From Actinomycetota bacterium (GTDB lineage: Bacteria; Actinomycetota; Actinomycetes; Nanopelagicales; Nanopelagicaceae), in contig JBEGQD010000070.1 in assembly GCA_041181125.1 (NCBI GenBank), positions 3,102 through 67,101 on the forward strand: a stretch of 64,000 nucleotides of DNA, read 5' to 3'. A program made the translations under genes and the position numbers. The notes under the pieces are model-generated. The model had not been told where the DNA came from. It searched no databases and was given only the letters and a program-made list of their open reading frames with translations. Shown piece after piece: positions 30,682 through 41,091 of this stretch (its first letter is position 1; every line of letters begins with the position of its first letter).

Positions 30682-31972
30682 TAAGCATGCCTTGCCATAA
30701 ACCAGGGAAATCAGGCAATGTCTTCTTGGTAGTTTCAATGTTTTCTACAACTACACCTTCTACCGCTAACCCAATAATGGCACCAGCCGTGGCCATTCGG
30801 TGGTCCTCATAACTTTTAAACAGTGCAGAAGATTTAAGTGTTGCTGGCTTGATTATCAATTCACCCGGACCTTCTGTAACTGATCCACCTAATTTATTTA
30901 TTTCTGTTGCAAGTGCGGCAAGCCGATCTGTTTCGTGTAAGCGAAGGTGTGCGATTCCTCGAAGATTTGATGGTGAATCTGCAAGCGCAGCTACTGCCGC
31001 AATAGATGGGGTTAATTCACCAACATCATGAAGGTCAATATCTATCCCGGAAATTTTTCCAGTCCCACTAACTTTTAAACCGGTATTACCAATCTCAATC
31101 TGTGCTCCCATTTTGGTAAAGATACTTCGCAATTGATCCCCTGGCTGTGTTGTTAACTTTGGCCAATCTAATATTTCTACACTACCCCCACAAATCATTG
31201 CAGCGGCCATAAATGGGGCAGCATTAGATAAATCTGGTTCAATCGTTAAGTCTTGACCAGTAAGGTCTTTGGATTTAACACTCCAGCTATTTTCACCAAC
31301 TTCAACCTGCCCACCAAATGCTCTTATCATTTGAATTGTCATTTCTATGTGCGGCATCGATGGAAGTGAGTCACCTATATGTTTGACTGTAATTCCCTCT
31401 TCAGTTGCCGGGCCAAGTAGAAGCAGAGCTGATATGAACTGACTCGATGCACTTGCATCAACTTCAACTACGCCACCTTTTACTTTTCCGGATCCGTTAA
31501 TAGTTATTGGAAGTCGATACTTATTGCTATGTTCAATCGAGACACCTAACTGCTCAAGAGCAGATATAACTGGGGCGAGCGGTCGCTCATGTGATCTTGC
31601 ATCACCATCAAAATAAACTAAACCATTTGCAAGTGAAGCAATAGGTGGTAAAAAGCGCATGACAGTTCCAGCATTACCTACATCAATTTGAGTTGGGCCG
31701 CTTAACTTTGCCGGAGCTAGTTGGTAATCAAAACCGTTATCTGTCTTAATCTCTTCAATTCCACAACCCAAGCTACGCAAACCTTTTACCATTAAGTCTG
31801 TATCTCGAGATGAGAGAGGTTTGCGCAATGTAGAAGGAGTTTTAGCAATTGCGGCAAGGATTAATGCCCTATTTGTAACCGATTTTGAACCGGGAATTGA
31901 TATCTTGGAATTAAGTGGATTCGCTGTAACCGAGGCTAATTTGCTCCTAAATGGTGCATTCCAATTTGTCAT
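30674..31972 (-). CDS. aroA: 3-phosphoshikimate 1-carboxyvinyltransferase (EPSP synthase)
   Basis: PGSKS..NR, GNAGT, SSQF.SA, HETDR, DHRMA. Confidence 0.96.
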   Translation of the reverse strand: MTNWNAPFRSKLASVTANPLNSKISIPGSKSVTNRALILAAIAKTPSTLRKPLSSRDTDLMVKGLRSLGCGIEEIKTDNGFDYQLAPAKLSGPTQIDVGNAGTVMRFLPPIASLANGLVYFDGDARSHERPLAPVISALEQLGVSIEHSNKYRLPITINGSGKVKGGVVEVDASASSQFISALLLLGPATEEGITVKHIGDSLPSMPHIEMTIQMIRAFGGQVEVGENSWSVKSKDLTGQDLTIEPDLSNAAPFMAAAMICGGSVEILDWPKLTTQPGDQLRSIFTKMGAQIEIGNTGLKVSGTGKISGIDIDLHDVGELTPSIAAVAALADSPSNLRGIAHLRLHETDRLAALATEINKLGGSVTEGPGELIIKPATLKSSALFKSYEDHRMATAGAIIGLAVEGVVVENIETTKKTLPDFPGLWQGMLNG

Positions 31973-32024
31973 ATGTACCAGTCTACCTTCCGCCTACTTA
32001 ATGGGGATTAACCTGCGAAGCCAG

Positions 32025-32050
32025 GGAATAAAGGCGCGTATTTGCGGGTT
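32025..32050 (+). promoter_or_regulatory. SigR/SigH-dependent autoregulatory promoter
   Basis: Exact GGAAT-N18-GTT, 8 nt before ATG 32059. Confidence 0.8.
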
Positions 32051-32058
32051 TTACTTCC

Positions 32059-32769
32059 ATGAATACAGTTCGGTCACGTATTGGCCAAAATAAAAAATAT
32101 GATCCCATTTCTAAAACCCTATTAGAGGTAGCCTTAGCCCAAATGAGTAATGAGGATTTATTACCAGCGGTGGTTGACCGAGAAAAAGAAACCTTAGCTG
32201 CACGAAAAGCAAGGTTTGAAAGAGATGCGTTAGTTTTTACCTCTCAACTTTATGGCGCAGCACTTCGTTATACAAAAAATACTCATGATGCCCAAGATCT
32301 AGTTCAGGATACCTATGCAAAAGCGTTTACTAGTTTTCACCAATTTGAGCCGGGTACAAATTTAAAGGCGTGGTTATACCGAATACTTACAACAACATTT
32401 ATAAATAATTACCGAAAAGATCAACGTAGGCCAAAAATCTCAGCAAGTGAAATAGAGGATTGGCAGATTGCTGATGCTTCTTCGCATACTAGCGATCAAG
32501 GAAAATCCGCTGAGGATGAGGTACTTGAAAATATTGCAGACAAAGATGTTAAGGAAGCTCTTGCAGCAATGCCGGAAGAGTTTCGAATGGCGGTCTATCT
32601 TTCTGATGTCGAAGGTTTTTCATATAAAGAAGTTGCAGAAATTACAGGAGTGCCTACCGGCACGGTTATGTCACGCTTACATCGTGGGCGTAAATTGCTC
32701 AGAGCTTCGCTGGTCGATTATGCAAAATCTAGGGGTTTCGGAAGTGAAAAAGCTGGTGATAAAAAATGA
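32059..32769 (+). CDS. sigR: ECF sigma factor SigR/SigH (thiol-oxidative stress); second in-frame start at 32143
   Basis: [36 protein letters not shown]; paired with a ZAS anti-sigma; divergent from aroA. Confidence 0.9.
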   Translation: MNTVRSRIGQNKKYDPISKTLLEVALAQMSNEDLLPAVVDREKETLAARKARFERDALVFTSQLYGAALRYTKNTHDAQDLVQDTYAKAFTSFHQFEPGTNLKAWLYRILTTTFINNYRKDQRRPKISASEIEDWQIADASSHTSDQGKSAEDEVLENIADKDVKEALAAMPEEFRMAVYLSDVEGFSYKEVAEITGVPTGTVMSRLHRGRKLLRASLVDYAKSRGFGSEKAGDKK

Positions 32770-33167
32770 GTTTTAATGAAAATAATTTGATTCCGTGCGA
32801 GAGGGTCTTACCTAATATTGTTCTCTACATAGACCATGAGATTTTTGATAATCAAGAATTAAGTGCAGTAGAGATTCACTTTGGCGAGTGCGACTCTTGT
32901 CGAGGTCAAATGGAAAAAGAGAATGCCACCTTGAAATTAATGAGAAATCTACTGTGCAATGCAATGAATGAATCAGCTCCAGAGGAATTAAACCGACGCA
33001 TAAATCAACAAACTGAGGATTTGTATAATCAAATGCTGCAAGAAGGTGATTCTGATCAGATTACTGAAATTACCTATACTCAAACTACCTATACGGAATT
33101 TACCTCTGATGGGGCGACACAGATAGAAATAACTAGCGAAATCCGCAGGCAGTTCCCGCTGGAGTAA
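32766..33167 (+). CDS. rsrA: Zinc-binding anti-sigma factor RsrA/RshA
   Basis: N-terminal Cys plus HFGECDSC (HxxxCxxC); overlaps the sigR stop. Confidence 0.85.
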   Translation: MSFNENNLIPCERVLPNIVLYIDHEIFDNQELSAVEIHFGECDSCRGQMEKENATLKLMRNLLCNAMNESAPEELNRRINQQTEDLYNQMLQEGDSDQITEITYTQTTYTEFTSDGATQIEITSEIRRQFPLE

Positions 33168-33192
33168 TTGCTTAATCACTAACCTTGTGATT

Positions 33193-33645
33193 ATGAAACC
33201 CGAACAGGTCATTGGTGCTATTGGAATGGCAACCATGACAATTCGTCCTGGCGATACATCGGTAGCGCAGGGTGTTAACGATTTACCAGTTGTTGGTTCT
33301 AATCAATTACTATCTTTGATGGAAAGCGCATGCACTACCGCGATAATTGAATTTTTAGATTTTGGTGAAACTACAATAACCATTAATTCTCAAATCGAAA
33401 TATGCGGTGCTGCTGGAGTTGGGATAGAAATACATGCCACATCTAGATGTCTTGGGCTTGATGAAAATATTTTAAAATTTGAGGTCGAAGTGCATCAAAG
33501 TTCTCGATTGATTGCTTCCGGCCTGATTACCCGTAAATTTGTCGAAAGAGTTTCATTTATGGCAAGAGTTGCTGCTGAAACTATGATCGCAGAGAAAGGC
33601 ACACCACTTAAAGAAAATAAAATAGCCAGCAGCTTAAACTTTTAG
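33193..33645 (+). CDS. FlK-like hotdog-fold thioesterase family protein
   Basis: GDTS...LPVVGS..LLSLME pattern and hotdog length; TAACCT-N7-ATG. Confidence 0.65.
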   Translation: MKPEQVIGAIGMATMTIRPGDTSVAQGVNDLPVVGSNQLLSLMESACTTAIIEFLDFGETTITINSQIEICGAAGVGIEIHATSRCLGLDENILKFEVEVHQSSRLIASGLITRKFVERVSFMARVAAETMIAEKGTPLKENKIASSLNF

Positions 33646-33659
33646 ATACTGGCTATTTT
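33619..33659. terminator. Inverted repeat/terminator between convergent thioesterase and sodN
   Basis: AAAATAGCCAG...CTGGCTATTTT. Confidence 0.55.
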
Positions 33660-33665
33660 AGATTA

Positions 33666-34073
33666 TTATTTTTTAGTTGCCCAAAAAATCTCTGCAATTT
33701 CATCTATCTTGCTAATTAATTTGTTTGCAACTGCTACATCGTTAGTACCCTTACTTCCACCAGCACCAGCAAGTTTAGTTGCTTCATTAAACAGCGAGTG
33801 AAGTTGTGGGTAAGCTTCAAAATGATTTGGTTTAAAATAATCGGTCCAAAGAACCCAAAGGTGATGCTTCACTAACTCAGATCTCTCTTCTTTAATTGCT
33901 ACAGCACGGGATTTAAAATCAGCATCGCTACTTGCAGCATATTTTTCCATACATGCCTTGACAGATTGAGCTTCTATTTTTGCTTGCGCTGGATCATAAA
34001 CACCGCATGGTAGATCGCAATGGGCAAATACGCGCTCCTTTGGAGCAATTAAGTTAAGTAATGAATCAAACAT
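33666..34073 (-). CDS. sodN: Nickel superoxide dismutase precursor
   Basis: Ni-hook HCDLPCGVYDP after an N-terminal propeptide; LWTDYFK. Confidence 0.97.
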   Translation of the reverse strand: MFDSLLNLIAPKERVFAHCDLPCGVYDPAQAKIEAQSVKACMEKYAASSDADFKSRAVAIKEERSELVKHHLWVLWTDYFKPNHFEAYPQLHSLFNEATKLAGAGGSKGTNDVAVANKLISKIDEIAEIFWATKK

Positions 34074-34124
34074 TTTCTCTCCTAGGTTAAATTAATACTA
34101 TTTATTAGTGGGAGAATACTCTGC

Positions 34125-34442
34125 ATGTTCGGTTTTAGCACGGTTTCAGTTTCTGGAAACTCAATGTCTCCTGCCTACAATCAAGGAGATTGGTTACTTG
34201 TCCGCTCGGTAAGTGGCCAACGGCACACCTTAAAAGTTGGCGAGGTATACCTAATCCATGATCCAAATAGAGAAGGCGTTAAGTTAATCAAGAGACTTAC
34301 TCAAGCCAAAACCGAGCAGGGCGTGACTAGATATTGGCTAGAGGGAGAAAATAAAGAAAGCACAGATTCAAGAAGTTGGGGGTGGCTAACTAAAGATCAG
34401 TTTTTAGGAAAAGTGGTTCTAAGGTACAGAAAAGGTAATTAA
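34125..34442 (+). CDS. sodX: Ni-SOD maturation protease (S26 family)
   Basis: GNSMSP, LIKRL, STDSRSWG; divergent from sodN. Confidence 0.9.
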   Translation: MFGFSTVSVSGNSMSPAYNQGDWLLVRSVSGQRHTLKVGEVYLIHDPNREGVKLIKRLTQAKTEQGVTRYWLEGENKESTDSRSWGWLTKDQFLGKVVLRYRKGN

Positions 34443-37400
34443 CGAGTAAATGCCTCGGTCATTAATGCTTTTTCTTCCTCTTCATGCAAGTGGTGATTTC
34501 CAGTAGCAGGGCTCGCAGTTGCTCTTCTTGAAACTCTCCGAAGAGATCTGCCATTTAACTCCTCATGAGCAACGAAGGCTTCTGAGGTTGCAAGAGCAAT
34601 GAACGGCCAAGGACCTTGATTAGCTGGTTCATCTTGAACCCACAATAAAGTTGCATTTGGATGCTTCTTTGCTTCAGCAATAATTTCATCAATTGGAAGT
34701 GGATAAATCTGTTCAACTCTTGCAATTGCAGTTGAGTACTCACCTAGTTTTTCTCGTTCTGCAATTAAATCGTAGTAAACCTTGCCAGAGGTAAATATTA
34801 ATCGAGTGGTGTTTATAACCTTATCATCAGGAATAAATGGCTTAAATGTTCCAGTTGTAAAATCTTTAAGTCCACTGGCAGCTGCTTTTAATCTAAGCAT
34901 AGATTTTGGTTCAAAAACTATTAGTGGCCTACGAGCAGGATTTTTCATATGCCAGCGAAGGAGATGGAAGTAGGAGGCGGGCGTAGATGGCTGAGCAACA
35001 GTCATATTTTGCTCAGCGCATAATGAAAGAAACCTTTCAATTCTTCCGGAGGAGTGATCTGGTCCCTGACCTTCATACCCATGTGGCAGCAATAAAACAA
35101 TCGATGATCGCTCGCCCCACTTTTGTAGAGCAGAAGAGATAAATTCATCAACAACTGTTTGTGCGCCATTGGCGAAGTCGCCAAACTGAGCTTCCCAGAG
35201 GACTAGGGCGTTATCACGCTCTACAGAGTATCCATACTCAAATCCCATAACTGCATACTCAGAGAGCAAAGAATCATATATATGGAATTGATTAGGATCT
35301 TTAACCAAAGAGCGAAGTGGGACTAAATCTTTACCATTTTCTTTATCAACAATTACAGCATGGCGGTTACTAAATGTTCCTCGACGAACATCCTGTCCGC
35401 TCATTCGAATTGGATAGCCTTCTAAAAGTAGTGATCCAAAAGCTAACATTTCACCAGTTGCCCAATCAACTGTTGATTCATCTAGCATTTCAACTCGTTT
35501 TAATAATTGAGGTAACAATTTTGGATGCACTGTAAAGTCAGATGGAATTGCAGATTGAGTGGCAACGATCTTACGCAAATCTGCTTCTTGGACAGATGTA
35601 TTAACAGAATCCGGTGCGGGTACTACTGGCGGCTTCCAGTTTGGGTCACTTGCAGGTTCAGTATTATGAACAGAGGTAAATACTCCCTCTAACTGTTGCT
35701 GATAATCGCGTAATACTTCTTCTGCTTCTTCTACCGTTATGTCTCCACGACCAATTAATGCTTCAGTATAAAGTTTTCTAGTTGATCGCTTTGCATCTAT
35801 TAGTTTGTACATAAGTGGCTGTGTAAAGCTTGGCTCATCACCTTCATTATGACCACGCCTTCTATAACAAATCATGTCAATTACAACATCCTTGTTAAAA
35901 GTTTGGCGGTACTCAAAAGCTAATCGAGCAACTCGTACGCAAGCCTCTGGATCATCACCATTAACGTGAAAAACTGGTGATTGGATCATTTTTGCAATAT
36001 CAGTTGAGTATGTTGACGACCTGGCAGCATGTGGTGAGGTTGTAAAACCAACTTGGTTATTAACAACTATATGGATAGTGCCACCAGTCCTGTACCCCTT
36101 GAGTAGTGAAAGTGAGAGAGTCTCTGATACAACTCCTTGGCCGGCAAAAGCAGCATCACCATGAAGCAAGATTGGCATTACTGGGTAGGAGATTTGCTCA
36201 TCTACTGAGGTATCACCAGCGGCAGCTCTTAACTTGTCTTGTTTAGCTCTAACAATTCCCTCAAGTACGGGGTTAACTGCTTCTAGATGTGAAGGGTTAG
36301 CTGCCAGATAAATTTTTGTAGTAGCACCAGATTCAGCCGTGAAAGTTCCCTTAGTCCCTAGGTGGTACTTAACATCACCTGAACCGTGCACCTCATTATC
36401 ATGATAATTTCCTTCAAACTCTTGAAATATTTGTCCATAAGATTTTCCAGCAATATTTGCTAAAACATTTAATCTACCTCTGTGCGGCATACCGATACAT
36501 ACTTCATCTAAACCAGATTCTGCTGCAGAGGAGATCATCGCATCGAGCATTGGTATTACCGATTCGCCACCTTCAAGTGAGAATCTTTTTTGCCCAACAT
36601 ATTTAGTTTGCAAGAAGGATTCAAATGCCTCTGCACTATTTAACTTACGAAGAATTCTAAGTTGCTCCTCTCGAGGTGTTCTAGGAGCTCCAACCTCAAT
36701 TCGCTCTTGCATCCATTTACGTTCATCTGGATTAGCAATATACATATATTCGACGCCAATAGTGCGGCAGTATGAATCTCGTAGAATTCCTAAAATTCTA
36801 CGAAGTTTCATAGAGGACTTTCCACCAAAGCCACCAGTTGCAAATTCGCGATCTAAATCCCAAAGCGATAAACCGTGGGTTACAACATCTAGATCTGGGT
36901 GTGATCTTTGTACATACGCCAATGGTTCAACATCTGCCATTAAATGACCAGTAGTGCGGTATGCATCAATTAACTTCTGAACTCTTGCAGTCTTACTGAC
37001 ATCGTCATCTTTTGCAAACTGCATATCAATAACCCAGCGAATTGGAACATACGGAATGCGCAATGCTTCAAAAATTTCATCATAAAAGTTTTCTTCGCCA
37101 AGTAAAATTTCATGAATTCTTCGCAGGAAATCACCAGATTGCGCACCTTGAATAATTCGGTGGTCATATGTACTAGTTATTGTTACAACTTTGCTAATCG
37201 CAAGATCTGCCAAAGTTTGTTCATTCGCACCATGGAACTCAGCAGGGTAGTCCAAGGCACCAACACCAAGAATCATGCCTTGACCTTGTACCAATCGAGG
37301 AACTGAATGAACAGTTCCAATCGTGCCTGGGTTTGTTAGAGAAAGAGTTGTGCCAGCAAAATCTTCAACTGTTAGTGCACCACTTCTTGCCTTACGGACC

Positions 37401-38185
37401 ATATCTTCATATGCAGACCAAAACTGGGCAAAATCTAAATTTTCACAACCTTTAATTGACGGAACTAACAATTGTCTAGAACCATCTGGTTTTGCTAAAT
37501 CAATTGCAATGCCTAAATTTATATGTTCTGGGTGACCTACTGCTGGCTTACCATCTAATTCTGTGAAAAAGGAATTCATCTCTGGCATTGAACGGGCAGC
37601 TTTAACCATTGCATAACCGATTAAGTGCGTAAATGAAACCTTTCCACCGCGACCACGTTTTAAATGATTATTAATTACAGTTCTATTATCAATCATTAAC
37701 TTTGCTGGGATAACTCGTACACTTGTAGCCGTTGGCACTGAGAGTGAACCCTCCATCGATTGCACAACTCGAGCTGCAACACCGCGAAGTGGCTCAACTG
37801 ATGAAGCTGAGGGTGTGGTTAATGTTGGAATTGGCTTAACAATTGGATCGGCGGGCTTGATAATTTGTGAAGAAGAATGGTTTGAAGTTTCAATTTTATC
37901 GGCAATTGGTTCGCTTAAAACTGGTGTTGAAACATTGGGTTGGACTACTGGGGTTGGAATTTCTGATTTAGCTAATTGAGACTTTGGAATTGGTGGTGTA
38001 CCAGCTTTTGTTGAGCCATTTAAATTTGGAGTACCTTTAAAATCTGCAAAAAATTCCCACCAAGATTTATCTACCGAAGTTGGGTCGCTTTGATATCTTT
38101 CATACATCTCTTGAACAAGCCACTCGTTTGGACCAAATGAGCCACCAAAGTGGTTAGCGGGCGTATTTGCTCCAGCTTTACTCAC
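34439..38185 (-). CDS. kgd: Multifunctional 2-oxoglutarate decarboxylase/dehydrogenase (fused E2-E1, KGD/OdhA)
   Basis: FGPNEWLV N-terminus, acyltransferase domain TYDHRIIQG, HGDAAFAGQG ThDP motif, WEAQFGDF. Confidence 0.96.
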   Translation of the reverse strand: MSKAGANTPANHFGGSFGPNEWLVQEMYERYQSDPTSVDKSWWEFFADFKGTPNLNGSTKAGTPPIPKSQLAKSEIPTPVVQPNVSTPVLSEPIADKIETSNHSSSQIIKPADPIVKPIPTLTTPSASSVEPLRGVAARVVQSMEGSLSVPTATSVRVIPAKLMIDNRTVINNHLKRGRGGKVSFTHLIGYAMVKAARSMPEMNSFFTELDGKPAVGHPEHINLGIAIDLAKPDGSRQLLVPSIKGCENLDFAQFWSAYEDMVRKARSGALTVEDFAGTTLSLTNPGTIGTVHSVPRLVQGQGMILGVGALDYPAEFHGANEQTLADLAISKVVTITSTYDHRIIQGAQSGDFLRRIHEILLGEENFYDEIFEALRIPYVPIRWVIDMQFAKDDDVSKTARVQKLIDAYRTTGHLMADVEPLAYVQRSHPDLDVVTHGLSLWDLDREFATGGFGGKSSMKLRRILGILRDSYCRTIGVEYMYIANPDERKWMQERIEVGAPRTPREEQLRILRKLNSAEAFESFLQTKYVGQKRFSLEGGESVIPMLDAMISSAAESGLDEVCIGMPHRGRLNVLANIAGKSYGQIFQEFEGNYHDNEVHGSGDVKYHLGTKGTFTAESGATTKIYLAANPSHLEAVNPVLEGIVRAKQDKLRAAAGDTSVDEQISYPVMPILLHGDAAFAGQGVVSETLSLSLLKGYRTGGTIHIVVNNQVGFTTSPHAARSSTYSTDIAKMIQSPVFHVNGDDPEACVRVARLAFEYRQTFNKDVVIDMICYRRRGHNEGDEPSFTQPLMYKLIDAKRSTRKLYTEALIGRGDITVEEAEEVLRDYQQQLEGVFTSVHNTEPASDPNWKPPVVPAPDSVNTSVQEADLRKIVATQSAIPSDFTVHPKLLPQLLKRVEMLDESTVDWATGEMLAFGSLLLEGYPIRMSGQDVRRGTFSNRHAVIVDKENGKDLVPLRSLVKDPNQFHIYDSLLSEYAVMGFEYGYSVERDNALVLWEAQFGDFANGAQTVVDEFISSALQKWGERSSIVLLLPHGYEGQGPDHSSGRIERFLSLCAEQNMTVAQPSTPASYFHLLRWHMKNPARRPLIVFEPKSMLRLKAAASGLKDFTTGTFKPFIPDDKVINTTRLIFTSGKVYYDLIAEREKLGEYSTAIARVEQIYPLPIDEIIAEAKKHPNATLLWVQDEPANQGPWPFIALATSEAFVAHEELNGRSLRRVSRRATASPATGNHHLHEEEEKALMTEAFTR

Positions 38186-38349
38186 CGAGTCTCTCCTTAT
38201 ATTGGCTAAATCGAGATTTGTGCAACAGGTTAATCTTAACTCTCACCTAAGGAGTACTTAACCTAATCAGGGATCTAGCCAAGTGAAAGTGGCCACCAGC
38301 ACATACGCCGGGCTGGTAAAGCCCCACAATTAACGGCAAGGTTGCACCT

Positions 38350-39078
38350 ATGAACGGAGACAAAAAATGGGCAATAGTTACCGGGGGCTCGCGCGGCCTC
38401 GGATTTGAAACCGCCAAAGGATTAATTGCCGCTGGATTTACTGTTTACATTATTAGTAAGGATGAAAAACGCTTAGCGCAGAGTGCGCAGACTCTAGGTT
38501 GTCAATATCGGGCAGTAGATGTTGCAGACAATAAAAAGCTCCGCCAGATATTAATAGAAATTACCGAAGAAGCCAGTAGTAAAGATTTAGGAATTTTAGA
38601 TGTTTTAGTATTAGCGCATGGCGTAATGAGTGAAAAAATGTCAAAGACACTTCGAACTAACGATAATGAATGGCGGCGGACTCTATCAATTAATTTAGAT
38701 TCAGTATTTACCGCAGTAAATCAACTTGCACCAGCAATGACAGATGCAAGAAAGGGAAGAGTTGTTGTTTACTCAGCTTGTCTTGGCCGAATGTCTGGCC
38801 CTGGTACACATGGCGGTCTTGCTCCTTATCGAATAAGCAAAGCAGGTATAAATGCATTTGTTAAGAATCTTTCATATGAAACCGGCTTAGGAGCGAGAGG
38901 ATTTTTAGTCGATGCTATCTGCCCTGGTCATTGTCGTACCGATATGGGAGGAGAGGATGCACCAAGGAGTGCGGAGCAGGGTGCTGATACAGCTATTTGG
39001 TTGGCAACTAGAGATTTTGATCCAACAAAAGATAGAACTGGATTACTTTGGGAAGACCGACAAGTAGTTGATTGGTAA
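38350..39078 (+). CDS. SDR family oxidoreductase
   Basis: TGGSRGLG, YRISK (YxxxK), CPG..RTDMGG. Confidence 0.88.
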   Translation: MNGDKKWAIVTGGSRGLGFETAKGLIAAGFTVYIISKDEKRLAQSAQTLGCQYRAVDVADNKKLRQILIEITEEASSKDLGILDVLVLAHGVMSEKMSKTLRTNDNEWRRTLSINLDSVFTAVNQLAPAMTDARKGRVVVYSACLGRMSGPGTHGGLAPYRISKAGINAFVKNLSYETGLGARGFLVDAICPGHCRTDMGGEDAPRSAEQGADTAIWLATRDFDPTKDRTGLLWEDRQVVDW

Positions 39079-39453
39079 TTATTCTTGATAACCCAGTGCC
39101 GCTGATATTAAAGTTATTAAAGCAAGTAGCGCAAGTGGAATACCTACTAAAAAAAACTTTCCACTGACCATATAATAAGAAACACCTAAAGCAATTAGAT
39201 TTGCCAATACTGCCGGTGCTCGGCCAAATGATTTATTTTGCTTAAATCCACCCGCACAAAACCAGAGTCCAATGGAGCCTAAAAGCCCAAAAACAATCTC
39301 GGCAGAAAGGGCAGCAGGTGCACTAACTTCAGAGATAAGAGGTGCAATTAAAAGATAAACCACTAATCCAAGAATGATTAAGGATTCAATACGCAGTAAA
39401 AAAATGGCCCGAATTCGGCAAGATTCGCTCTCGAATGCTCTTTTCAGATTCAC
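39079..39453 (-). CDS. Small integral membrane protein
   Basis: Four TM segments with the GRAPAV motif seen in conserved actinobacterial membrane proteins; TAGTAT-N6-GTG. Confidence 0.65.
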   Translation of the reverse strand: MNLKRAFESESCRIRAIFLLRIESLIILGLVVYLLIAPLISEVSAPAALSAEIVFGLLGSIGLWFCAGGFKQNKSFGRAPAVLANLIALGVSYYMVSGKFFLVGIPLALLALITLISAALGYQE

Positions 39454-39480
39454 TTTTGAATACTACCCTTTTTGCTTAAT

Positions 39481-39966
39481 ATGGATGAAAGTAAACGGCT
39501 TTTACCTGAAGTATTTTTCGCAAACAATGGGGAAATTGATCTTTTGACTGGCGTAATGGCTCCAGAGATTTTTAACCAAATTGTTTCTCGAGATATTCAA
39601 CTTGCAGACAGAAACTTAACGAAATTATGTGTAGTTTATGCACAATTTGATATAGATAAATTCACCGCGAATGAATTATTGGACAAAGAAAAAAGCAATC
39701 TAGATAGAGTTAAAAATGAAATAGAAACAGAGTTAGTTAGAATAGCTTTTTTACTCAAACAAGTATTTCGACAAAGTGATTGTATTTCCCGTATTCATCA
39801 ACTTGGGTTTTGGATACTATTATCTAGTAATGAACAGATTGACCTAAAGCAAGTGATTAGTAGAGCAAAGCAGGGACTTCCACAACATGTGGAGTTGGCA
39901 AGTTGTCATCGAAATAATCAAGAAAATCAGATTGATTGGTATAAACGGATCGATTCATTAAATTGA
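39481..39966 (+). CDS. Degenerate stand-alone GGDEF-domain protein
   Basis: DLLTGV start motif, F..IV..DI, RQSD (RxxD), then RIHQLGFWILL where R-x-GGDEF-x-ILL is expected. Confidence 0.6.
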   Translation: MDESKRLLPEVFFANNGEIDLLTGVMAPEIFNQIVSRDIQLADRNLTKLCVVYAQFDIDKFTANELLDKEKSNLDRVKNEIETELVRIAFLLKQVFRQSDCISRIHQLGFWILLSSNEQIDLKQVISRAKQGLPQHVELASCHRNNQENQIDWYKRIDSLN

Positions 39967-40068
39967 TTATTTCACCAAGAGTAATAATGCTGTAACTATT
40001 TGCGCAATTTTCTCCACAGAAATCAATTTTGACTGCCGAAGATTTATTTTAATTTCTAAGATTTAAGA

Positions 40069-41091
40069 GTGGAAAATGAAGAATTAATAAATAAGAGTTT
40101 TGGCCCAATTCAAGGTTTAATTGATGATCAATCGGTAGAAGAGATTTGGATTAATACACCAAATCGTATATTTGTAGCGCGGAATGGAAAAAGTGAGCTA
40201 ACAAATTTGGTACTTAGTAAGGAGGTAGTGCATAACTTAATTGAAAGATTGTTGATTTGGGGCGGGCGACGGCTAGATGTGAGTACACCATTTGTTGATG
40301 CTCGGTTACCTGATGGAAGTAGATTACATGTTGCAATCCCAGAGGTAACAGCTGTTCATTGGGCAGTAAATATTCGCAAGCACTTAAATAAAGCAAGTAC
40401 TCTTTCGGATTTAAAGCAACTTGGTTCAATTAACGCTGAAATATTAGCTTTGCTTACACAAGCTGTTAATGATGGTTTAAATATTTTAGTTAGTGGTGGC
40501 ACGCAAGCAGGTAAAACTACATTCTTGAATGCATTAGCTAGTCAAATCCCAGTTCATGAACGAGTAATAACAATTGAAGAAGTATTTGAATTAAAGCCTA
40601 AATTACCAGATTGGATCGGGTTGCAGACTAGAAACACAAATTTAGAGGGTGAAGGTGAAATTTCACTTCGAAAGTTAATTAAAGAATCTCTAAGAATGAG
40701 ACCTAACCGAATCATTGTCGGTGAGGTTAGAGAAGCAGAAGCCCTAGATTTACTTATTGCTTTAAATGCTGGTTTACCAGGCATGGCTACATTACATGCA
40801 AACTCAGCGAGAAGTGCTATAAGTAAATTACAACTACTGCCTTTACTCGCCGGAGAAAACATTGCTCAAAGCTTTATAACTCCGACAATTGCAAGCAGTA
40901 TCGACATAGTAATTCAATGCTCGCTTGATTCCCAAGGTAAGCGGCGGGTAGTCGAAGTAGTAGCAGTTACTGGGCGATCAGAAGCTGGCATTGTCGAAAT
41001 TGATTCAATTTACCGGTGGAATGGCATTGAGTACGAAAAAGGATTAGCTGATTACTCGACAATAAAAAACAAACATAGATTGATTAAATGA
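40069..41091 (+). CDS. tadA: CpaF/TadA pilus assembly ATPase
   Basis: VDARLPDGSR, GGTQAGKTT, IEE, LRMRPNRIIVGEVR, TLHANS. Confidence 0.92.
   Translation: MENEELINKSFGPIQGLIDDQSVEEIWINTPNRIFVARNGKSELTNLVLSKEVVHNLIERLLIWGGRRLDVSTPFVDARLPDGSRLHVAIPEVTAVHWAVNIRKHLNKASTLSDLKQLGSINAEILALLTQAVNDGLNILVSGGTQAGKTTFLNALASQIPVHERVITIEEVFELKPKLPDWIGLQTRNTNLEGEGEISLRKLIKESLRMRPNRIIVGEVREAEALDLLIALNAGLPGMATLHANSARSAISKLQLLPLLAGENIAQSFITPTIASSIDIVIQCSLDSQGKRRVVEVVAVTGRSEAGIVEIDSIYRWNGIEYEKGLADYSTIKNKHRLIK

Noticed and set aside
30682-30738. N-terminal extension of RsgA in the track
   Set aside because: It lies inside aroA; ATG 30681 gives the typical coupled start.
38283-38296. CRP/GlxR-like GTG-N8-CAC site between kgd and the SDR gene
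   Set aside because: Only the minimal 6 bp match, which is expected by chance.
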